DNA from: Octopus sinensis
Lineage: Eukaryota
Direction of reading: 5' to 3'
NCBI RefSeq assembly: GCF_006345805.1
Contig: NC_043020.1
Coordinates: forward strand, 27,838,001 to 27,902,000
Length of the DNA stretch: 64,000 nt
How positions within the stretch are numbered: the first letter of the stretch is position 1; each line of letters begins with the position of its first letter. The notes under the pieces are model-generated. The model did not search any database. It had not been told where the DNA came from and saw only the letters and a list, made by a program, of their open reading frames with translations. Made by a program: the position numbers and the translations under genes. Below, one piece after another: positions 54,436 to 64,000 of this stretch.

Positions 54436-55759
54436 TCCAGTAACGCTGCCGTAATCTCCTTTAGAGAGACTTAGTAATTTTAATATTTCTTTTATTATTA
54501 TTATATTTTAAAAGGGATTGACGTAACTCTTCACAAAGGTAAACAGTCAGGACAAAGAGCGCGATTCGATTGTAAGATATTTTATTAGTTGAACATTATT
54601 TCAGAAGTACGTGTCCTTTGTCAAGTTGAAAATAAGAAGTAATAAAAATTCAAAATTTCAGAAATTTAAACGTCTCCACTACCCAAAAATTTGGGGCCTT
54701 GTGCCTAGACTAGAAAAGAATATTATAAGGGTTGAATAAGTTTATTGTTCGTGTAATAAGCTACCAAATCCTTACATTCTCTCGATTTCCTGTAATTAAG
54801 AACGCCTCATGGCTCCAATAGACAAAATGGAAACAACATCGCCCCGGAGGATGGCGAGGGAGATGCGCAGGAACATCCACTCAGATTCAAGGATAGACGG
54901 ACAATTTGTCGACAGACAACTTACAGACAGGACAATTGACCGATTGGACAATTTGCCGAAAAGACAATATGTCGAAATCTTTTAAAAACAAAGTAAAAAT
55001 TACGAAAAAACTTTATTAGACTTACAAATAAAAACAATTTATTTATAAAATGACTTCATGTACAATAGGTCGACATATGAGAAAATCACAAAAAGTTTTG
55101 TTAATCTTACAAATAGAAATAAAGATATCCCATACAATTATAGGCTCGTACCCTTAAATATTCCAACCCAGCTTCATCGTCGTAATTAAGAACATCGGTT
55201 TTAAGTCTTTCCTTAAGGTGAATGTATTTTTTGCTTTTCTTTGCCTCTTCAACCCCTGATATGGACAGTTCTATTACCATTTCGGGGTGTGACTGTTCTA
55301 CCCTAAGCTTCCCAGTTAATTTGGATAATTAATTAAGGTGATGGACGTTAACTCTTCTACTGAAGGCGTGGTGCCACCCTTCAAGAGAGTTGTTTGTTTT
55401 CAGGAGATCATGGAGAATTCTGTTGTATCAAAACCATAAAGAAATGTCGTATAGGGGTCGTGTGCGTCTGATTCCTACCCAAGTACACTGAAAATAAGAC
55501 AAGAACTCCTCCAAAATTTCATCAGTTTGAGAACTTAAAGAATGAAGGAATTGTCCAAACAATGTAGCTGCATCATTGGGTGGTACGAAGGCTGACGCTT
55601 GCAGCTGTTTTATAACAAGTGAATTTTCTCCTTCGGTGGACCACGTTTGTAAACCTGCAGCCTGTATCTTGCGCCATAAACACTGTCCAAAGTGAAAAAA
55701 ACAACCAAATACAGAAACGTGAAATATTTTTTTCATGCAGTTTATAGTTGCTTTCTCTC

Positions 55760-56145
55760 GGAGGCGCAATGGCCCAGTGGTTAGGGCAGCGGACTCACGG
55801 TCGTAGGATCGCGGTTTCGATTCCCAGACCGGGCGTTGTGAGTGTTTATTGAGCGAAAACACCTAAAAAAGCTCCACGAGGCTCCGGCAGGGGATGGTGG
55901 TGATCCCTGCTGTACTCTTTCACCACAACTTTCTCTCACTCTTACTTCCTGCTTCTGTTGTACCTGTATTTCAAGGGGGCCGGCCTTGTCACTCTCTGTG
56001 TCACGCTGAATATCCTCGAGAACTACGTTAAGGGTACACGTATCTGTGGAGTGCTCAGCCACTTACACGTTAATTTCACGAGCAGGCTGTTCCATTGATT
56101 CGGATCAAGCGGAACCCTCGTCGTCGCAACCGACGGAGTGCTTCC
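55760..56145 (+). mobile_element. SINE family C inserted in the MULE transposase, with a 12-bp target-site duplication
   Basis: AGTTGCTTTCTC at 55746-55757 and 56146-56157. Confidence 0.92.
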
Positions 56146-56419
56146 AGTTGCTTTCTCCAAGACAACTGTATTTCATTTCACACTCAAAATTCCTTTCTTC
56201 TTTAATGAATTTAAATACTAAATCATAATCTGCTTCAGATTTTTTGTTTGTTATGCAATAAAGTAGAGGTACTGTTTTACTTTCACAAATTAGTGCATGG
56301 ATCGTGGATAACTGCTTACCTAAAGGAGCGCAGTCAACCGTTCCGTCACAAAACCACTCACTTTTCTTGGATAGAATTTCTAAATTTTTCCCAGTACCAA
56401 ATATAGAAACCTCATCCTT

Positions 56420-56826
56420 TTTATACTCTTTTACTCTTTTACATGTTTCAGTCATTTGACTGGGGCCATGCTGGAGCACCGCTTTTAGTCGAGCAAATCG
56501 GACACCAGGACTTATTCTTTGTAAGCCTACAACTTATTCTATCGGTCTCTTTTACCGAACCGCTAAGTGACGGGGACGTAAACACACCAGCATCGGTTGT
56601 CAAGCAATGCTAGGGGGACAAACACACACAAACACACATATATACATATATATACATATATACGACAGGCTTCTTTCAGTTTCCGTCTACTAAATCCACT
56701 CACAAGGCATTGGTCAGCCCGGGGCTATAGCAGAAGACACTTGCCCAAGATGCCACACAGTGGGACTGAACCCGGAACCATATGGTTGGTAAACAAGCTA
56801 CTTACCACACATCCACTTCTGCGCCT
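56420..56826 (-). mobile_element. SINE family A nested in the MULE
   Basis: Full-length reverse-complement copy. Confidence 0.88.
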
Positions 56827-57176
56827 TTTATATATAGTAAAAAATGATTACCTCTTGGTGCTTTATACAATTCATCCTCATTAATAACTTTGCCTTTTTC
56901 GTCACACTGTTCGTTCAAGAGATTCCACTTTCGGTAAATATCCAGCAACGCTCAAGCTGATATCAGAAGCTACGGTTTCAAGTACAGAGCTCGGCAATTG
57001 TTCAGCTCGTCCAACAAAAAGCATTATTTATTCCCTAACCTTTGCGGCATTGATGGATGCGTAGGTGGATGCAGGTGTTCAGAAGCAGTTGAGCTAATTT
57101 CATCATCAATCGGTGTCAGATTACGATTTGCGCATCTCCAATAAGTCTTTTTTTTTTCTGGTTCTATCAATAATAT

Positions 57177-57590
57177 TCTTTCTTTTCTTTTATTCTTTTA
57201 CTTGTTTCAGTCATTTGACTGCGGTCATGCTGGAGCACCGCTTTTAGTCGAGCAAATCGACCTCGGGACTTATTCTTTGTAAGCCCAGTACTTATTCTAT
57301 CGGTCTCTTTTGCCGAACCACTAAGTGACGGGGACGTAAACACACCAGCATCGGTTGTCAAGCAATGCTAGGGAGACAAACACAGACACACAAACACATA
57401 TATATATATACATATATACATATATACGACAGGCTTCTTTCAGTTTCCGTCTACTAAATCCACTCACAAGGCATTGGTCGGCCCGGGGCTATAGCAGAAG
57501 ACACTTGCCCAAGATGCCACGCAGTGGGACTGAACCCGGAACCATGTGGCTGGTTAGCAAGATACTTACCACACAGCCACTCCTGCGCCT
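57177..57590 (-). mobile_element. SINE family A nested in the MULE FLYWCH region
   Basis: Full-length reverse-complement copy separating GHVY from KTYWRC. Confidence 0.88.
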
Positions 57591-58465
57591 ATATAGACAT
57601 GTCCTTTGTATAGAAACTTTCTGCCTCCTCGTTCCGTTTTGATGAACTCCATGATCGATACTTCCGCATGTCGACTTATTGTCCAATCTACCAATTGTCC
57701 AATCTACCAATTGTCCAATCTACCAATTGTCCAATCTACCAATTGTCCAATCTACCAATTGTCCAATCGGCGAATTGTTTGCATAGGGAAGCAAGGGGCA
57801 GGCACGTCACCAAGGCTTTTGTAACTTGGCCTTTTTCTTCATAGTTGTGTTGGTCCTAACCAAATCCATTTTGATCTTTGGGAAGAGCTAGTCCGTATTA
57901 GTGTGTCCCCTATCCTTTGACCTGTCCAGCATGGAATCCCCTACTAGAGGCTTGGCCTGGCTGGGATAGTTTTAAAGATCATTGAAGGCACACAAGGCAA
58001 ACAAGGTACCGCGTTGCATAAGGGCTGGGCGTTGTGGCGATAAGGGAACTTTTGTAAGATCTTGAAAACCAGATTATTTATCTAATCTAAATAAAAGACA
58101 AACACTTTTATCCCTTCTTTCCGCACCTTACATTACGCTACACAGAGGCAATGGTATGCAAAGGGAAGGTGGCCCTCTGTCTCCCTGGGTGGGGGGGGGG
58201 CAGCGTTGCTTATTTAATGAACGCAAATCCTTCATCGGATTTCTAGTAACTATTTTTATCTTTTAATCTGTTTATCTCTAGCTTTGTCGTCTTTTGTGTT
58301 TATGTTTACTGATATAAAACTAATGTTCTGTCAAAAAATTCAACATTTTATATGGAGATTCTACGCGTACACACAGACACACACACGGACACACGAATAA
58401 GTGTGTGAGTAAGTATTTATGTGTATATAGACACCGAGGTATTTGTAGTAAAACTTGATCTGGCT

Positions 58466-58623
58466 TACAATGTCACCGTGAACCGACTGACATCGCCAAC
58501 GAAGTTATTGGGTTACTTTGCCGGAATACAAACCTTGATGATTGACGTTATCAAGATTTGTATTCCGACAACGTAACCCGATATCTTCGTTGGCGATGTC
58601 AGTCGGTTCACGGTGACATTGTA
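58466..58623. repeat. Near-perfect 158-bp hairpin
   Basis: TACAATGTCACCGTGAACCGACTGACATCGCCAACGAAG ... CTTCGTTGGCGATGTCAGTCGGTTCACGGTGACATTGTA. Confidence 0.92.
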
Positions 58624-58631
58624 TATATATG

Positions 58632-58675
<44 letters not shown>

Positions 58676-58789
58676 AGCAATAAAGATTCAAGTTAATTTA
58701 AATGAATTTACTTGAATATGGTACCTAACTTAGATGCACCAAAACAAACTATACGGTTTTAACAATACAGTAATATGGGGTGATTATAA

Positions 58790-59016
58790 GCGAGAAAAAA
58801 GCAACAAGAATGGATAGGTTTTTAGTACAATCGTTTCATACAAGGACAGGCTTTATTAAAAGTTGCAAAAATTGCAGCATATAAACGTGTCCCGTACTCA
58901 TCAGCTGATGAGTACGGGACACGTTTATATGCTGCAATTTTTGCAACTTTTAAAGCCTGTCCTTGTATGAAACGATTGTACTAAAAACCTATCCATTCTT
59001 GTTGCTTTTTTCTCGC
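58790..59016. repeat. Spacerless palindrome (about 113-bp arms) centred on a hammerhead core
   Basis: Centre TCATCAG|CTGATGA at 58904/58905; each arm reads CTGATGA-GTAC...GTAT-GAAACGATTGTA. Confidence 0.9.
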
Positions 59017-59079
59017 GTATATATATATATATATAATGGAGAAACACATCTTAATCAATGATCAACTACCAGATAATAC

Positions 59080-59130
<51 letters not shown>

Positions 59131-59240
59131 ATATATATATATTTATATATATATAAACAAATATAATATGTGTATATATAAATATATAAATATATATATA
59201 TATGTGTATATATATATATAATATATATATATATGTAAAT

Positions 59241-60563
59241 AATTAATCAATATAGGGTGGCAAAAAAATTTTGTGTAGAATTTTTTGCCACCAGCGGCCT
59301 AGTGGGAAAAAATTAAATAGTCATAGACCATTTTTAAGTTCAACATCAACAATCAAGGAACGGCCATAATAGGCCATTCACCCACTAGAAATAACAGCCA
59401 AAGCTTCAACCGCAAATAAAAGTCAATTCCGTAAACAGGAGAAAATTTAAAAACATTTACCCTGTAATTTCTTATACGATGCACCGTTTCATCTGCTTTT
59501 AATGGTAAACTAACCTGATTAAATTAAATCAAGCCAATCTTCCATAGGCCCTCAGATTCTTCAGTAAGAAATAGCCACAAGTCGGAACAGATATTTTCAC
59601 GAGGCATTTCCGTCCCTGCCAAGGTAATATCTGACCTAAAATTTTCAAATCATCGCACTCGCGCCAAATTTATCGGCAGCAAATAAATATAAGCCGTCGA
59701 TTCCATTACGGAATTAACCAGAAAATTCATAATTAATCAATATAGGGTGGCAAAAAAAATTTTGTAGAATTTTTTTGCCACCAGCGGCCTAGTGGGAAAA
59801 AATTAAATAGTCATAGACCATTTAAGTTCAACATCAACAATCAAGGAACGGCCATAATAGGCCATTCACCCACTAGAAATAACAGCCAAAGCTTCACCAC
59901 CGCAAATAAAAGTCAATTCCGTAAACAGGAGAAAATTTAAAAACATTTACCCTGTAATTTCTTATACGATGCACCGTTTCATCTGCTGTTTAATGGTAAA
60001 CTAACCTGATTAAATTAAATCAAGCCAATCTTCCATAGGCCCTCAATTCTTCAGTATAAATAGCCACAAGTCGGAACAGATATTTTCACGAGGCATTTCC
60101 GACCCTACCAGGTATATCTGACCTAAAATTTTCAAATCATCGCACTCGCGCCAAATTTATCGGCAGCAAATAATATAAGCCTCGATTCCATTACGGAATT
60201 AACCAGAAAATTCATAATTAATCAATATAGGGTGGCAAAAAAAATTTTGTAGAATTTTTTTGCCCACAGCGGCCTAGTGGAAAAAATTTAATAGTCATAG
60301 ACCATTTTTAAGTTCAACATCAACATCAAGGAACGGCCATAAGGCCATTCACCCACTAGAAATAACCTATATACCTTTGCCACCCTATATTGATTCGACG
60401 GCTTTTATTTGCGGTTGAAGCTTTGGCATCGTATAAGAAATTACAGGGTAAATGTTTTTTAATTTTCTCCTGTTTACGGAATTGACTTTATTTTTGCGGT
60501 TGAAGCTTTGGCTGTTATTTCTAGTGGGTGAATGGCCTATTATGGCCGTTCCTTGATTGTTGA
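59241..60563. mobile_element. Hammerhead-bearing ~490-bp tandem repeat (about 2.3 copies) with inverted fragments
   Basis: Units start at 59241, 59731 and 60216; inverted pieces at about 60376-60563; flanked by (TA)n. Confidence 0.87.
59468..59571 (-). ncRNA. Type I hammerhead ribozyme with long stem II
   Basis: Minus strand: TTTCTTA-CTGAAGA-ATCTG...CAGAT-GAAACGGTGCATCGTA-TAAGAAA. A second, slightly mutated copy lies at about 59958-60060. Confidence 0.78.
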
Positions 60564-60615
60564 TATATATATAAATATATATATGTATGTATATATATAT
60601 AAACATATATATATG

Positions 60616-60719
<104 letters not shown>

Positions 60720-60764
60720 TATATTATCTATATAATATATATATATATATATATTATATTATAC

Positions 60765-61187
60765 TCTTTTGCTCTCTCTTTTACTCTTTTACTTGTTTCA
60801 TTTATTTGACTGTTTCCATGCTGGAGCAACCGCCTTTAGTCGAGCAAATCGGACACCAGGACTTATTCTTTGTAAGCCTAGAACTTATTCTATCGGTCTC
60901 TTTTACCGAACCGCTAAGTTACGGGGACGTAAACACACCAGCATCGGTTGTCAGGCGATGTTAGGGGGGAACAAACACAGGCACACAAACACACACATAC
61001 ATATATATATATATACATATATACGACGGGCTTCTTTCAGTTTCCGTCTACCAAATCCACTGACAAGGCTTTGGTCGGCCCGAGGCTATAGCAGAAGACA
61101 CTTGTACAAGGTGTCACGCAGTGGAACTGAACCCGGAACCATGTGGTTGGTAAGCAAGCTACTTAGCACACAGCCACTCCTACGCCT
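60765..61187 (-). mobile_element. SINE family A, full length
   Basis: Reverse-complement copy similar to 56420-56826. Confidence 0.87.
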
Positions 61188-61419
61188 TATATATATGTAT
61201 GAGGCGTGTGTGTTGCTTGAGTGAGTATATCTTCATATCGCTGTGTCCTTTATGAGTACGTGTGACCGCGCGCGCTTGTGTGTGTCTGCGCCTGCGTGCT
61301 TGAGTCATATATGTATGTAACGATGGAGATTGAATGACGAAGTTTTTACATCAGAGAAATGATCGAAAAAAACAAAATTTGATTGATTATTGATATGGTC
61401 ATTTATTATTTATCAATTA

Positions 61420-61793
61420 CTAGAAGTATCGCCCAACGTTGCACGGGTTTGTTTTCTTTTCGACTCTTTAGAATTGGAATTTTGAAAAGTAAAAATTTTG
61501 CATTATGTAGCTTGTTATTCTCTTTAAGTGAACATTTTTCTGGTTGAAATACACCGAAAAATGGCGACACAGCAGTAAAAAAAATCGTAAAAAATAGGGA
61601 TTTCCATAGGAAAAAAAAGCACCTTTTTGATGTAAATAATTTTTGGTGTTAACATGGTCCGATTTGATAGCCTTCTTCTATCATACTCTCAATTTTGGTC
61701 AACTTGCGCCGCAGGGTCTCAGAGGAGATGGTGTTAGTTGAAGGCTAGCAAACTTGCCACACACACAGACAACTTCAGCTTTATATATATAGA
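61420..61793 (-). mobile_element. Non-autonomous Helitron-like element
   Basis: Minus strand begins TCTATATATATAAAG and ends CCCGTGCAACGTTGGGCGATACTTCTAG|T. Confidence 0.65.
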
Positions 61794-62157
61794 TTACGTC
61801 GCTACTATGTTGAAAATGATTATAATATTAGTCCTTACGATTTATAAGAAATGACAACCATGTTGGCTTGTTTACCTCTTCGTTGTGTAGCGGTTCGGCA
61901 AAAGAGACCGATGGAATATGTGCCAGGATTTTAAAAAAAGTACTGAGGTCAAATTATTCGACTAAAAGCTGCCAAGGCAGTGCTGCAGCATGGTCGCAGT
62001 CCAATAACTGAAACAATATAAAGAAAAAGACGAAAAGACGCGTGTGTGAGTGTATGTGTGTGTACGTATGTGGGTTCGTGTGTGTGTGTGTGTGTGTGTG
62101 TATTATAGTCACATGGCAAGTACAAATTTACGCACAAGTACGCACACACACACACAT

Positions 62158-63318
62158 GACATTTCTTTACTACCCACAAGGGGCTAAACACAGAGGGGAC
62201 AAACAAGGATTAAGTCGGTTGTATCGACTCCAGTGTGTAACTGGTACTTATTTAATCGACCCCGAAAGGATGAAAGGCAAAGTTGACCTCAGCGGAATTT
62301 GAACTCAGAACGTAATAGCAGACAAGGGGCTAAACACAGAGGGGACAAACAAGGACAGACAAACGGATTAAGTCGATTATATCGACCCCAGTGCGTAACA
62401 GGTACTTATTTAATCGACCTCGAAAGGATGAAAGGCAAAGTTGACCTCGGCAGAATTTGAACTCAGAACGTAATAGCAGACAAGGGGCTAAACACAGAGG
62501 GGACAAACAAGACAGACAAACGGATTAAGTCGATTATATCGACCCCGTGCGAAACTGGTACTTATTTAATCGACCTCGAAAGGATGAAAGGCAAAGTTGA
62601 CCTCGGCGGAATTTGAACTCAGAACGTATAGCAGACAAGTGGCTAAACACAGAGGGGACAACAAGGACAGACAACGGATTAAGTCGATTATATCGACCCC
62701 AGTGCGAAACTGGTACTTATTTAATCGACCCCGAAAGGATGAAAGCAATTGACCTCGGCGGAATTTGAACTCAGAACGTAATAGCAGACAAGGGGCTAAA
62801 CACAGAGGGGACAAACAGACAGACAAACGGATTAAGTCGATTATATCGACCCCAGTGCGAAACTGGTACTTATTTAATCGACCCCGAAAGGATGAAAGGC
62901 AAAGTTGACCTCGGCAGAATTTGAACTCAGAACGTAATAGCAGACAAGGGGCTAAACACAGAGGGGACAAACAAGGACAGACAAACGGATTAAGTCGATT
63001 ATATCGACCCCAGTGCGAAACTGGTACTTATTTAATCGACCTCGAAAGGATGAAAGGCAAAGTTGACCTCGGCGGAATTTGAACTCAGAACGTAATAGCA
63101 GACAAGGGGCTAAACACAGAGGGGACAAACAAGGACAGACAAACGGATTAAGTCGATTATATCGACCCCAGTGCGTAACTGGTACTTATTTAATCGACCC
63201 CCGAAAGGATGAAAGGCAAAGTTGACCTCGGCGGAATTTGAACTCAGAACGTAACGGCAGACGAAATACGGCTACGCATTTCGCCCGGCGTGCTAACGTT
63301 TCTGCCAGCTCGCCGCCT
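62158..63318 (-). mobile_element. SINE family B with its body tandemly repeated about 7 times (~155-158 bp)
   Basis: Single head at 63318 (minus strand GGCGGCGAGCTGGCAG); repeated GCTAAACACAGAGGGGACAAAC...GAAAGGATGAAAGGCAAAG units. Confidence 0.87.
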
Positions 63319-63724
63319 TCACACACACACATGACATAGCCACACATACGCACAGGAAATACAAAGTTACGCTTATGTACACCCACGCAACGCAGTTCTG
63401 TACACACCCGCAACGGCACACAATCGACGATGTCAACATCAACGTTTGTGTTCTCGGTCACCCAGTGACTTCGTTTCGGATGACAAGCAGCAGGGGGCGG
63501 AAACGTGTAAGCCTCACCGAGTTTTGCAATAAATACATTGTGTGTACGCATGCGCACTGACTTCCTGGGTGCGTGACTGTGTAAATGGAAACAATGAAGC
63601 AGGCAGGTCGTCCGGTTCACTCTGCAACCACTTGGTTTCGGGTTCAGTCCCAATGTTTTGTAGTGAATTTTTTAGAAGGAAACTGTATGGAAGATCGTCC
63701 TACATACATCCATATATACATAGA

Positions 63725-63990
<266 letters not shown>

Positions 63991-64000
63991 AAGTGAAAGA

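Larger units (their letters stand above)
54895..57782 (-). mobile_element. Mutator-like (MULE) DNA transposon with FLYWCH domain and tandem-repeat termini, disrupted by three SINEs
   Basis: Minus strand from ATG 57652: MEFIKTERGGRKFLYKGHVY, KTYWRCA, EHLHPP, WFCDGT, VPLLYC, GCFFHFGQCLWRKIQ, TNNSLEGWHH. GGACAATT-type repeats at 54899-54976 are inverted relative to AATTGTCC repeats at 57670-57780. Confidence 0.88.

Overview
AT-rich, microsatellite-dense eukaryotic DNA, most likely from an octopus; this is inferred from the SINE families and the sialin-like expansion. The core is a head-to-tail tandem cluster of six SLC17/sialin-like MFS anion-transporter paralogues on the + strand, each with an uninterrupted CDS; copy 2 carries a 1-bp frameshift. 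Comparing the paralogues reveals a hidden gene model: a short upstream exon ending in GTAAGT, a 1.4-5.3 kb transposon-filled intron, a conserved CATTTCAG acceptor, a 0.65-1.0 kb leader, then the CDS. Splicing would assemble a conserved 11-16 codon upstream micro-ORF (MTKKREC...). Its frame and stop position are kept, and copy 6 shows compensatory start-codon turnover. The transporters lack the TM4 acidic residues used for proton coupling in sialin and VGLUT, and they vary in pocket-lining helices. The spacers hold Penelope-like retroelements, about ten hammerhead-ribozyme motifs (including 445-bp and 490-bp retrozyme-like tandem/inverted arrays), a FLYWCH-MULE transposon with nested SINEs, Tc1/mariner and Helitron remnants, a LINE ORF1 fragment, fold-back hairpins and minisatellites. 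All alignments and coordinates were done by eye.
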